Notes under the pieces: model-generated
What the model saw: the letters and a program-made list of their open reading frames with translations, nothing else
Told to the model about the DNA's origin: nothing
Database searches by the model: none
Source: Paraspadella gotoi
Taxonomy: Eukaryota > Animalia > Chaetognatha
NCBI GenBank assembly: GCA_051294375.1
Contig: CM119268.1
Location: 22,444,959 to 22,508,958, forward strand
Length of the DNA: 64,000 bases
Direction of reading: 5' to 3'
Position numbers and translations under genes: made by a program
In this document: positions 27,201-41,045 of the stretch, piece by piece
How positions within the stretch are numbered: the stretch's first letter is position 1
Layout: every line of letters begins with the position of its first letter

Positions 27201-30200
27201 CCCTAACTTGTCAAATTCTCAAATTTGTCCAAAATTGCACTGATGAAGGCCGAACAAAGGAGCGAAATGGTGTCTAATCTCATTAATGAACTGTTGCTAC
27301 AATACTAAATAATAACTGTTACAACATTGTAAATCTAAGAAATGAAATTAATTTATTGAAACAAAACGGGATTAATAGAAAGTCAGGAATCAAGATGTTA
27401 AAGAAAGCAAGGAAGGGGGAGCTACTTTACTCGTCCCATTTCCTCGTCGAAAAGTTATTTCCAACGAGAGACACGTTCCACATGCGTTGGGGGTCGGAGA
27501 CATTTCGCCCTGTGGTTCTTCCAATCAGATGGTCAGTTAATTCTTGCCGTAGTGGAAGTGGAAAGGAAAGTTTTTGGGTTACTGTCCTAGTGTCTAATTA
27601 ATAATGAATCTTGTCTAATTAACTTAACCTTGAAAAAAATTCTTTTTGTAAGACGGGAGGAAGATCTCTATCTTTCATGTAGTTGTCGAGTCGTTTTGAA
27701 CCCAATCCGCTGGGGCTTATCCCCGCTTTCTCGCGTTTCCTAATATGAATAAAAGTATATTATTTGTTATATAAACTAAATTGTACTTATTAATTTCAAG
27801 ATGAAAAAAAAAGAAGTAAAAAAAAAAACGGATGAATATGTACCTCTCGGACCTGACAGAAGTTCCAGCGTCACCTTCCCTCCCTTTGTAGGGAAGGCAG
27901 AATACACGGGCATGATTTATATTTTGCCCAAACAGGAAACTTGCGCTTTCATCCCCAGGGCTCGATTGACTCAAACGGTCTTGACGGGTAAAACTTACGT
28001 CGCCCGTGGATGAGGGTGAAGAATTCGACAGAAAGTTTGCAAATATCCCTGGACTCGGACCTCCCCTAAATTTAATATCCGTGTAATTAAGTTTATTGCA
28101 ATACATTATGTTTAGATACCTTTTGCTTCACCTGAGAATATTTTTTTCGTCTCATTAGAGGATCTCCATCGCATAGGATGAATCCCATCCTTGCTGCGTT
28201 GGACCAAGGCAATTTTCTAAAATATAAAATTATAATAAAAAATATTTTGTTTTTTCTCTAGTCACATTTTTTTTTCCCCACGTCGCAGGCGCTGCCGAAG
28301 TCGGTCCTCATCGTTGGAGGCCTCGAGGCGTGCCGTCTCAGCGAATTATTCCATGTGATCGAGTGCTCTAAAAAATAAAAAAAGTGTATGAATTAGGTTT
28401 TGGGTGACTTTTAAAAAGATCAAGACTTGAATTTTAACCTGAATGGATTGAAGGCCTTTTTCTCGACGAGGCCGACGACAATGCAGTCGTTGCGTCGTNN
28501 NNNNNNNNNNNNNNNNNNNNNNNTAGAAATATTGTACGCGATGCGACGGTCCACGAAATGAGGACGAGAGAGTCGACGCTGGTTGGATGTCGACGATGAC
28601 AAAAAAGACGACGATAACGACGACGATCTGAAGTCGCGAACGAAAGTCTTTCCGTCCGGGTTTGAAACTCTGATGAAGATGATGTTGGTTTTGGATATTG
28701 TTCACAAATTTAAATTAAATTAATTCCCTATTAATTCGCAGCTTTATTTGATCCGGAAAATGTTCTTGTTCCGCTACATACTTTTGAATGGGACAAAATA
28801 CAATCGAAACTTAATAATATACTATGTCAAGAAGAAGCGGTCATCCGACCCAAATGGATTTTAACTTTTCATTCATCCACAAAATAAAACGCGTCACTAA
28901 AGGTTTAATCAATCACTAAAGGTTAATCAATCACTAAAGGTTTAATCAATCATCGATCGTCATCATAATTTATCACCATTCCTTCCCCCCCCTCCCTCAA
29001 CATTTTAAATTTCGATGACGAAACCAAAATGATTTTCGACAGTAACAGAAAATTAATTTCTCAGCTCAAACGTTAGTTATTCAATGAATAATAAATGAAT
29101 AGACACGCGGTGAAATGTTTTATTTGTCAATGAATTAATATTCAAATGAATAAAAGTCCGATGATGAATCTTCACGAAACTTTCTTCCCGACACAAACAA
29201 CATTTCTGCAAAAGATTCTCATTTGATTAAAGAGTCAGTCTCGAAGCCGGTAAAAAGGCTCGCCCGTTCCTTACCCAAACCCCTTACCTTACCCCGACCC
29301 TTACCTGACGCTGACGTCGTACTTCCCAATCCTCGTGAATCTGAAGAATCTTCTGGAATAAATTCCGTCGTCGACGTCGACGTCGGCGTCGATTCCGTCG
29401 TCATGGAGACGGAGGATGAAGGGAGTCGAGGAGGAAGGGGAGTGGACGAGGGCTTCCACCTTGGGAGGGTATGGAGGGGTGGTTGAGGTCGAGGAGGGTT
29501 GGGGAGGAGGATGCCGAAGATGAGGATGTGGATGAATTTGATGAGTTTTTAACCTGACCTCAATCTGACGTTTTTGACTTTTTCTCCAGTCTGATTGAGG
29601 TCAGTGTTAAAAAGAGGTCAGAANNNNNNNNNNNNNNNNNNNNNNNNNNNNNNNNNNNNNNNNNNNNNNNNNNNNNNNNNNNNNNNNNNNNNNNNNNNNN
29701 NNNNNNNNNNNNNNTCAGTCTGATCTCTTTAACCTGGCCTTAATTACTTTATTACCTGACCTCAATCAGAACTTTTTGGCCTGCCCTTGATCTTACCCTT
29801 TTGACATGTTCTCAGTCTGACCTTTATGGCCAAGCCTCGATTTGACATTTTTGACATTTTTGATCCTTGACCTGACCTTTAATGTCTTAAAGTTTCTCCT
29901 CCTCAATTTTGTCCTCTTTAACGTGACCTCAACCTGACCTCAATCTGACATTGACTTAACCTCTTGACCTTACCTCCTCGACCCCTCTAACCGGATCTAA
30001 AACTGACCTTTCCAAATTCACTTAACTCACCTTCAAACCCAAAACTGGATTCCCTTCACCGAATTTGGCCACAACGCGAATCACGATCGCCGACGGATAA
30101 ATCACGTGAACGGATTGGACGTTTGGCGGTGATCGTCACAGTCGCTCTGGAGGCGGCGCGACGCTGCTGCTTTCGCGCTCGCTGTTATGATTGCTTTTGC

Positions 30201-33200
30201 GTCGTTCCGCTTCGAGGTTACGGTCACCTGTTTAATTTCTCTGCTTGTTTCTTAATTTAACTTTTGTTTTAGTGGCTTTGGAGCCTTTTTTAGTATCATT
30301 TCCTTCCTCTCTCTCTCTCTCTCTCTCTCTACCTTTATCTCCTTGCTTCACAAAGCCGAGGATCGCTCTTGTTCACCAAAAATTATCGCATCTTCCTTCT
30401 TCAGCTTCGCCCAGGAATCGAAATCAAAACGCTTCGTATTTTCCGATCGACGAAAGCGAATTTTCGATCGGAATCAACCGCGGGACCTTGGAAGGACTCT
30501 GAGGAGGGGTTGGAAGATTAAATCGACCAACAATGCAAAGTCGTTTAAAATAATCAGTTAACGACGACAATGATGTGTCACATAAATTTAATAACAGGTA
30601 ATCATTTTAAAACAATCAATCAATCAATCGGACGATTATTCAACAATCAATCAATCATTTAATCAGTCAATTCTTAACCACATCAATCAATGAATCCAAT
30701 CACTCAGTTTCCTCACCTTCGACCTCAACATTAAACCCGTATCCAAAGTCGTGACGAGATTGAATTCTACGACGAACTTCGTTTGTCGACCGAACAGCAG
30801 GGATCGATGTCCACCACGTGACCGGAATACGTGATCACTCATCAAGTGACCCAAAACTGTAAAAAAAGAATCGAGATGAAATGGATTAGGTTTTCGCTGA
30901 CGATAACGCAAGGCCTCGGATAGCGCGCGTAGGCGCGCGTCAGTCTCATAATGAAAAATTGCAAGAGCGATCTGAAGGTCGTGAGTTCGATCCTCACCCG
31001 GGGCACTGTTTTTTGTATTTATGATGTATACAGCTACAATTGTCATACAGACTAATAATCAGCAGGGTTTTTTAATTAGTTATATAACCTCGGTAGGCAG
31101 TAGGCAGGCGTCAGTCTCATAATGGAAATGCAAGAGTGACCTGAAGGTCGTGAGTTCGATCCTCACCCGGGGCACTATTTTTTGTATTTATGATGTATAC
31201 AGCTACAATTGTACATACAGACTAATAATCAGCAGGTTTCATAAGCCTCGGTAGCGCAGTAGGCAGCGCGTCAGTCTCATAATGTAAATGTAAGAGCAAT
31301 CTGAAGGTCGTGAGTTCGATCCTCACCCGGGGCACTATGTTTTTACATTTATGATGTATACAGCTTCAATTGTACATACAGACAATAATCAGCAGGGTTT
31401 TAATTGTTATATAAGCCTCGGTAGCGCAGTAGGCAGCGCGTCAGTCTCATAATGAAATGCAAGAGTGATCTCAAGGTCGTGAGTTCAAACCTCACCCAGG
31501 GTACTACTTATATTGTATTTATGATGTACAATTTTACACACTAATAATCAGTAGGGATTGTTAATTATTGTATAATTTTATAAAAAGTAGATTAAATCGT
31601 GCACTAAAAACCAAACTCTTCAGCACCATCCTCACCTAAACAGCAACAACTCCTCAGATGCAGCATCCTCACCTAAAGAGCAACAACTCCTCAGATGCAG
31701 CATCCTCACCTCAACAGCAACAACTCCTCAGATGTAGCATCCTCACCTAAAGAGCAACAACTCCTCAGATGCAGCATCCTCACCTCAACAGCAACAACTT
31801 CTCAGCTGCAGCATCCTCACCTCAACAGCAACAACTCCTCAGCTGCAGCATCCTCACCTCAACAGCAGCACGTCCTCGTCTCTCTCGTCCCCGAAATCGA
31901 CGCAGGGATTCTTGACGAAGGCTTCGTTGAGGGAGTTGGAGGATGATGTGTCCGAGTCGTGGAAGGCGCGACCCCCGAAGCGGCTCGCCAGGGAGATTAG
32001 AGTGGAGGAGGAGGTGGAGGAGAAGGGACGGGTTTGTCGCACGGACCGCGGTTGGAGGCCTTGGGGGGGGGGGAGAGAGAGGAAGAGGGGGAGGGAAAGA
32101 ATATAGGAAGTGTGAGAGGAGGAAGTAGTTGATAAAGGGAGAGAGATGAAAAAGAAGAGAGTGAGAGAAAGAAAATTAAAGATAAAGAGAGAGAAAGAGT
32201 GAGAAAAAAAGGAGAGAAAGAGAGAGAAGAAAGATAATCTATCTTTAAAACTAGCTTCCAGATGATTACCTCACCATCCCAACCCCCAATGTTTTCACCA
32301 TCCCATCCCGATCTAAACCCACCCTCTCACCCCCAACGCCTTGACGACCCTCTCATCTTCTGCTCCTGGCGCCACCTCTTGTTGTCCATCGGAAATCAAA
32401 ATGATTCTGGCGCCGATTGCATTGGAGCCAAGATTCTGCAGACCCTTGATGCAGAGAAAGACATTGCTGTTGACACTTTGGAGGGAAATTATGCAATATT
32501 TTTTGATAGCGGCACATTTCTATTCCGAATTGCTGAAATTAATTACAGCTTAAATATATATTTAACTTAAAATACTTAACCCAATCCTTAACTCAATTTT
32601 TAAACTTATAAACTTACTTAATTCTAAATTTAAGCTGACTTAGGGCGCTTTTAGAAACTAAGATCATTAGAATAGAAAAATTTTTGCATCAATAGTAGTA
32701 GTAGTAGTAGTTAATTGTGTATTTCGTCGCTCTCAACCCGGCTTATTAAGGACGAAGGTAAGTCGCCTTAACCTTTCGCTTACTCCGTTCCTTACCTTCA
32801 GAAGACCCGCGCCGAAACTGGTGGAACCAAGAGAGTCCGACGGTAAACAAGTGTCAACGAATTTGCGTCTTCAAAAGAAATAATATGAGTTTGATTTAGA
32901 AAGTAAAAGAAATGAGAATTAAACTTCGGAAAACCAGAAATTTAATTTGGATTCTATCATTTTGCCATCGCCATCTTCCCTTTCTCCCTTTCTCCCTCTT
33001 CCTTCCTAGTGTCTCTATCTCTCTCTCTCTCTCTCTCTTTTTCAACCCTCCTTTTCCCTTCCACCCATTTCTCTAACCTTCCATTTCCCATCTATCTTAT
33101 TTTCTATCCATCTATCCATTTCACCCGCCTTTTTTCTTTCATCCCTGCTCCCTCTACCTCCATCCCCTAACTCCATCTCTCCTTACCCACCCCCCCCACC

Positions 33201-36200
33201 CCCCCAAACACCTCTCCCTCTCCGTCTTCATCTTCCTCATCCCGCAGGCGATCCTGGCGCCGGTGCTGAAGAGGACCACGCCCACTTCGGCGCCGGGCGG
33301 AAGTGAGAAGAGGACGGCGCGGGCGACGGCGTTGTTCATCCGCGTCAATCGATCTTGGGTCATGGAGCCGCTGACGTCGAGGACGAAGGATATTCGACAG
33401 GAAGGTTGGCCGTTGAAGGCGCGGACGATCTGTTTGAGGAGGGAAGTTGAATTCAGGATGAAGGAATTATGAATAAAGCGATGAATAAACCAATAAATGG
33501 ATGAATTTTTTAAAAAAATGTAATTAAATTATTTAGTCAAATACCTATGCAGTATGCATATTCCATTTACTCCATTGAGAAATATGTTTGCAGAATTCAT
33601 TGAACTACGATTCATCAGTAAATAAATATTGTTCAATGTCCACTCGATTATATTCATTTTCTAAACCTTAAAGACTAATATATACAAGAAAATTGAGAAA
33701 TTATAAATTATAAATTATTAAATTAGTTGCAGGTACATTAAAAAAAAATTAAATATAAATTATAAAAGAAGACTTTTCAACAGTTTTGATAAAGTTTGTT
33801 GTTCTCAAGATGCAGCCTTCCAATCTCGGCGCAAAATTCCACTTGCACGGGATTCGTAATAAAACTGCGCTGCGCCACCCGCGCGCCCAAAACTGCAGCC
33901 GGCAGATGCAGCACGCCTTCCTCCTCCATCCGCTGCAGCAGGTTGAGAACAACCACGAAGAGTCCCGACTTGCGGCAGCCGTCGAGACAGTGGACGAGCA
34001 GCTTGGCGTGGTCGTTAGGAAGACTCTTCAGTGCCCAGTAGAACTCTCGTAGAAACTTGTAGAAGCAATCACGATCTGGGACATCCTCCCCCTCTGGCCA
34101 ACACTCGACTTGAAAATGCGTCAGGTCAAAATCGTCCAGTTCTGTTGACGAATCCAAAGAATGAACTTTCATTCTACGCTTTTTCAAAATCCCAGGAATT
34201 TTCTCAACCTTCAGTGTTTCCACTGATGTTAACTCGAAGGTTGAAACAGCATTGGTCCCTTTACCGCATGGCCAATAATCTTGAGCTGTCTTCATTTTGT
34301 TGTTCAGCATTACGATGATACCAATGCGTTGTTCCATAACCAATGCCCAGAATTCATTGAGCGTGTTAACCATCGGGGCTTGAGTGACGATGCATCCGCT
34401 TTTGATGTAAAAAGTGTCGACGAAAGCAGCATTGATGTAGGTGTTGCCATCTGGAGGAAGAAAAGATGAGATATGCGCTAAGGACGCGTCATCAAAGTAT
34501 GGACCATCGAAGCGGTTCATTGCGGCGTTGTCTTTCATTGAAGCATAGGTTGTATTGAAAGGCAATGTAGCTGATATCTTGTTGAATCTGTCAAAGAGAT
34601 CTCTAGCCCAAGATTTTTGCTTTGAAATCCACCCAGTATGATCCAAAGGCTGTAGCTCAGGACAACAGGCAATTGCTAAAGCGTCATAGACCAGTTGAAA
34701 CTGATTTGCAGTCTGCACCATCTTGTAGCGGAACTGGCGCAGTCGCCGTACAACAGCGAGGACATTAACAGTTCTGAGCAAAGCTGCTTCATCAAGAAGA
34801 TTCCAAAGGGCGATTGTTGATCCAGTGCGACCAACTCCTGCGCTGCAGTGAATGACAATTGGAGGTTGTAACTTGGCGGTTGTAACAAACTGCTGAACGA
34901 TTTGGACAAAGGCTGACAATGTTGATGGAGTACGTGTGACATCCTTATCAGGCCAAGATACATAGTGAAACTGAGTTAAAACGCATGAGTAATCCATCTG
35001 TTCAACATTCATCTCACGGACAATATAATCTGCAAATTTTCTCTCATTTTTCAGTTTTACAGAAATAGAATTAAAGGTAAGAGAGTTCCCTACGACTTTT
35101 GGCCAGTACTGTTCACACTTTTTCTTTCCTTCTTCTACTAGATTGGTTAACATGACAACAACAGTTACTCGCTGTTGACAGATCATTTGCCAAAAGTCTT
35201 CGACAGTCGAGCGGCGAGGTCCCTGAGAGGCGATGAAACGCTGTTCAGACTGGAAACCTGGGACAAAATTAGCGTTGATATAATCAGAGCGGTGATTTAA
35301 TGTTTGGAAACTTGTGTCCAGATTGACATACAGTTTGTCATCACTGTCAAGATGGAGCACAACTCTTGAATGATCATAAGCTGGGATGTCTTGAAATCTG
35401 TTTTTGTCTTTGTTTTCTGGACGACTCGCTTCCTTGTGTTCGAACTCAAGTTTATTCGGCAACGATTTGTATTCAGCTAGGAATTCCTCAGGTTTTCTCT
35501 TTTCTCCATAAACTAAATCAAAGAGAAGATCGACTGAAACAGTCGTCTCTTTATGATCCTTCGCTGTGGTTGGAAGCTGCGGTTGTGGTGCCACCACAGC
35601 TACGCCAGCCTTTGCGGGTTTTGCACGAGGAAGCGGACGTGGTGTGGAAGGCAAGGAGTTTTGAGTGACTGGGATGGGGTCGCTCGTCGTGATGTTGCAA
35701 ACGTCTTGACATTCAGAAGATACAACAACTAATTCTGATGTCTTCTTCTTTTGATGACGCAAATAAACAATATGGTGCAACTTAAAAGACACAAACAAAA
35801 GATCAAGTTAAGACAAATAACGAAAGGCGATGCCATGGCTTCAGACGGAATGTCGTTCAATAACTTTAACGAACATTAATTTTCGATCTTCCCAAAATCT
35901 TCCAATTCGGTTTGAATGACGTAAAGCAATGAGAAAGTTTTGTTTGCGGCCAACGAGTTTCCTTCACAAAAACCGTTTTTAACTTTTCCATTGAGGATTT
36001 CTACGGGTTTTCCACAGTCTTTAGACGTTCCGTTTGAAAAGAAGGCGATTGGAACGTAACTGTCGCCATTGTTACAATCCTTTTTATCTTTTAATCGGAA
36101 GACAGCGTAATTATTCTCGTTTCCTTCTTCAACGGCTACAATGAGAAACCCTGTCACACTTTCTGCAGACCATTGATTCGGTGTTGGAACGTGACAGATC

Positions 36201-39200
36201 ACATCCGTTGTGCAAACGATTTCGTCAGTCGTCGGTAATGTCACGTTCGGTGTCTTGGTTTGACAATTCTTGCCGATGAAATCGTTGCCGCAATCACAGG
36301 AATAATCGCCGCAACTGTTGCTACAATTCTTGCTGTGATGACAGGGAGAGGAGTTGCATTCATTGATGTCCACGCAAAACCATTTGTCTTTGTTTTGGAT
36401 ATTGCAGACATTATTTTCTAGAAGATTCCAGTTTTTCCATCCATCAACACCGACCCATTCTGCTAATTCTGACTGACCCAGTTTCTTCTGCTTACAACTG
36501 ACATTTCCTGTCCCTTTCCACTCCAAACCTTTGTCGCAGTTGATGGAACAAGACTCTTCCGCCTTCACGATTCCTTCAGAGCAGTTTGATTGAAAATTCG
36601 TTGTTTTATCGAAAGTGCAATTCGCTTGTGCCCGACAATCTTTTCCGTAGATTCCGGACTGACAAATTCGTGGACAAACGCCGGAAAATTTGTTGCATTT
36701 TTCGTTGTCCGAACAGCTACAATTGTGCGTACAACCTTTTCCGTACGAACCGCTCGCACACGAATTACGGTTCAACTGTTTAACTAAAAGATTATCAATG
36801 GAAAACCCTTTGCCTTCCACAATTATTTTACAATTTTCTTTTATTTTAATTTTAACTCTAGTCCAATTGTAAGATTTTGACAATTTGATATTTTTTTCAT
36901 TGATTGTCATTTTAAAGTTGGTCTCGTTGGTTGTTAAATAATAAAAGAAACTGAGTCGCGATTCGTTTTCTGAATTAATTTCTATTTCAGTTTTGGTTCC
37001 GTCAGATGTTGTTGCGAATTTCCCGTCACAGGCCGATTTGCAATATTCGTAAGTAAAAGTCTCTATACGTAATTTTAGATTTGTTAGCATGGTTAGTACA
37101 ACCTCCATTTTCATGGTCACAATAACACCAAGTTCCGAGAGAGCAATTATTAAGATTAAGACAATAGTTTGATGATTCCCCATTTTTATCATATCCTATG
37201 TTCAAACTTTCCAGTTCAAACATTTAATCACCTTACCATCTCTGTTCAACTGCTCTTCTATTGTCGTTCTTTACATTACACTCCCTCTTCCACCATTTAA
37301 TAGATTTTATCCCACTGTATTTTGTGTATTTGACGCTGTTGTGAATTTTAAACCCGTAGCACTTAAATTTCCGGTCATTGAGAACAGAGGCTTCAGAAAT
37401 GTCTTTTTTCTGTTCGTACAGAGTTTTTTCGATTTCCAAACAATTGACGTCGTTGGAACCGAAACGAATACGAATTATTTAAACCTTTGGAGCGTAAGTT
37501 TCTATGCATATTTGAAAGAAAACTTGTCAACAACAAGGTTCGTTCGCTACAAACCAAATGGATTCGTTTGTTTCTCCGTAATTACTCTTTGAGGACCAGT
37601 AACCTCCTTCAAAAAAAGCTTTTTCAGCGTGTAAGATTCATCGTAAATCGATGACGCATTCGCTCTTCCTCCAATTTTAAAGAAAATCCTTTCCCAACTT
37701 TTTCTCTCTCTCTCCGATCCCATAGTCACATCCATCAGCGGACCTTCCATCCTCTCCGACTTTTCACTCCCAGTCCCCTTTCCCACTTTCCATCCTTTGA
37801 CAAACGCCTTTTCATGGATACGAGACTCAGCAGAATCGAAGTCAACTTTCGCAAATTCGNNNNNNNNNNNNNNNNNNNNNNNNNNNNNNNNNNNNNNNNN
37901 NNNNNNNNNNNNNNNNNNNNNNNNNNNNNNNNNNNNNNNNNNNNNNNNNNNNNNNNNNNNNNNNNNNNNNNNNNNNNNNNNNNNNNNNNNNNNNNNNNNN
38001 NNNNNNNNNNNNNNNNNNNNNNNNNNNNNNNNNNNNNNNNNNNNNNNNNNNNNNNNNNNNNNNNNNNNNNNNNNNNNNNNNNNNNNNNNNNNNNNNNNNN
38101 NNNACGCAATCTGAGTCGGATGCTTGCGGTTGCTTGCACCACGAAATGGGGAGCCCATTCGTGGAAAAGCTTTCCTCATTTTGATTAATCCATTCGTTAA
38201 AGTTCNNNNNNNNNNNNNNNNNNNNNNNNNCCATAGCTTCAGACGGAATGTCGTTCTCATAACTTTACGACATAATTTTCGAACTTCCCGAAAATCTTCC
38301 AATTCGGTTTGAATGACGTAAAAGCAATGAGAAAGTTTTGTTTGGCGGCCAAGAGTTTCCTTCACAAAAACCGTTTTTAACTTTTCCATTGAGGATTTCT
38401 AACGGGTTTTCCAAAGTCTTTAGACGTTCCGTTAAAAGAAGGCGATTTGAACTGTAACTGTCGCCATTGTTACAATCTTTCTTTGTAATCCCGAAGTCGC
38501 GTAATTATTCTCGTTTCTGTCTTTCATACGCTACAATGATAAGACCTTGTCTTTTCTGTTTTTGATAAGTGTGTTGGAGTGAAGATACATCCGTTTGCAA
38601 TACGATTGTCGTCAGTCGTCGTATGGCACGTTCGGTGTCTTGGTTGACAATCTTGCCGATGAAATCGTTGCCGTCTGAAGTCAAGGAGATAATTCGCCGC
38701 AACTGTTGCTGACTATTCTTGCTGTTTATTTAGCTAGGAGTGAGTTGCATTCATGGTGATGTCAGCGACAAACATTTTTGTCTTTGTTTTGTGTATTCAG
38801 ATCATTATTTTCTCTAGAGGATTTGATTCCCTAGTTTTTCCATACAACACCTACCCTGTATTGTGTATTTGATGACCCGATTATGTGCTTGTCTACAACT
38901 GAGTCTTGTTCCGTTTTCACTTCCAACCTTTTGTCGCTTATTGTTGTGTGTTGTGAACGGATATGCGTCTTCTCTGTTTTCACGATTCCATTAAGCAGTT
39001 GTAATCAAAATTCGTTGTTTATTCGAAAGTGCACAGTTCGCTTGTGCCCGGTCTAATGCCTTTCGCGTACATTCCGGACTGACAAATTCGTGGACAAACG
39101 CCGGGAAATATTGTTGCATTTTTCGTTGTCCGAACAGCTAACAGTTTGGTCCTTTCCCGTACGAACCGCTCGACACTGAATTACGGTTAACTGTTAACTA

Positions 39201-41008
39201 AACAGATTTCATGGAAAACCTTTGCCTTCTACGATGTATTTTACAATTTTTCTTTTATTTTAATTTTAACTCTAGTCCAATTGTAAGATTTTGACAATTG
39301 ATATTTTTTTCATTGATTGTCATTTTAAATTGTTCTCGTTGGTTGTTAAAATAATAAAAAAACTGAGTCGTGATTCGTTTTCTGAGTTAATTTCTATTTC
39401 CAGTTTTGGTTCTTCAGATGTGTTGCTTTCGCCGTCCAGCCATTTGCATATTCTGTATGTATAGTATGTGCTTGTTTGTTGTTTGTTGTGGGTATCAACT
39501 CTCGTTGTTTTGCATTTCACGGATAGATACTACCGTCGCCTTTGGAGAATTATTAGGTATTTAGACAATAGTTTGATGATTCGCATTTTTATCATATCCT
39601 ATGTTCAATCTTCAGTTCAAACATTAATCACTTACCATTCTCTGTTCAACTGTCTTCTATCGTCTCTCTCTTGACATAAACACTCCCTCTCCACCATTTA
39701 ATAGATTTTATCGCACTGTAAAAATAGGTTTTTGACGCTGCTTTGTGAATTTTAAACCCGTAGCAGCTTAAAATATTCGGGTCATTGAGAACAGAGGCTT
39801 CAAGAAATGTCTTTTTTCTGTTCGTACAGAGTTTTTCGATTTCCCAAACAATTGACGTCGTTGGAACCGAAAAAACAATACGTTATTTAACCATTTGGTG
39901 TGTCGATAGAGTTCTTGAATATTTGAAAGAAAACCTTTTACAAAAAGGTTCGTTCGACAAACAAATGGATCGTTTTGTCTTCTCCGTAATTTACTCTTGA
40001 ACTTCCAGTACCTCCTTCAAGATAAAAGCTTTTTTAGCTGTGTAATCTATCGTAAATCGATAAGCATTCGTCTCTTTCGTTATTTTCATAAAATTTTTCC
40101 CAGACTTTTTTCCTTCTCAATCGACCAAAGTACATCCACAGGGGACCTTTCTCCTGCTTATCTTTACTCCAGTCCTCCATTTCCCACTTTTCTCTTGACA
40201 AACGCCTTCATGGTATTCATAGATGCGCGTAAGATCGGAAGTCAACTTGCATATTCGTAGGCAGGAAAGCGGAAACTTTTCGTTGCAATCAAACGTCGCC
40301 AAGCAAAACCTTGGCTTCGGACGATTCCAGCGCTGGCATGAACCCAGCACGCAGTTGAGTCGTTTGCCTGCGTGTTGCTTTGCTCACCAGCGAATGGAGG
40401 AGTCCTTCGTGGGAAAGCTTTCCTCTTTTGATTAGATCCATTCGTTAAAGTTCGATCTCTTGAAGAGAGTCCCGTCCATACGTGAAGATCGCCAAAGTCG
40501 TATCGCCCTTCATTCCAAGCGTTCCATGTCCATGACATCACTTCAGTCGCTGGATGGAGAACTTGGAAGACACGAGGCGGACGCAGATTTGGAGCAGCGG
40601 AAGACGGCGGAGGTCCAGTCGAGTCGCTCGTCCAGGATGGTTAGAGAAGGATCTCCGATTGGAGGGAGAGAGAAGAGAAGAGAGAGAGGGAGAGGATGTG
40701 AAGTAGGAGGTAAGATGGTTCATTGATGAGAGAGAGAGAGAGAGAGAGAGATAAGAGAAAGAGAATGTTAATTTTTGAAGATAATACTTTTTTTTTTCCT
40801 ATGGAATTTTAAATTTTTAATTGTTGAATATTTTAGAAGTTCCTTCAGTTCTCCGAACTAATTCTTTAACATTTCACGCTCGAACGACATTAAATAAAAA
40901 CCCAGCAAATAGTTTGCAACCCGCTTGTAAATAAAATTTGAAAAACCGAAGTTTTGATGTCGATGAAAACATAAAAGTTGAAACGAGGAATTCGTCGCCG
41001 CTTTACTT

Positions 41009-41045
<37 letters not shown>

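Noticed and set aside
31621-31870. 37-bp periodic repeat resembling a CRISPR array
   Set aside because: There are no unique spacers and no cas genes, and the context is eukaryotic.
35798-35880. Programmed frameshift or pseudogenisation of RPTP-A around the TM
   Set aside because: Indel errors are pervasive in this assembly, and paralog B is open across the same region.
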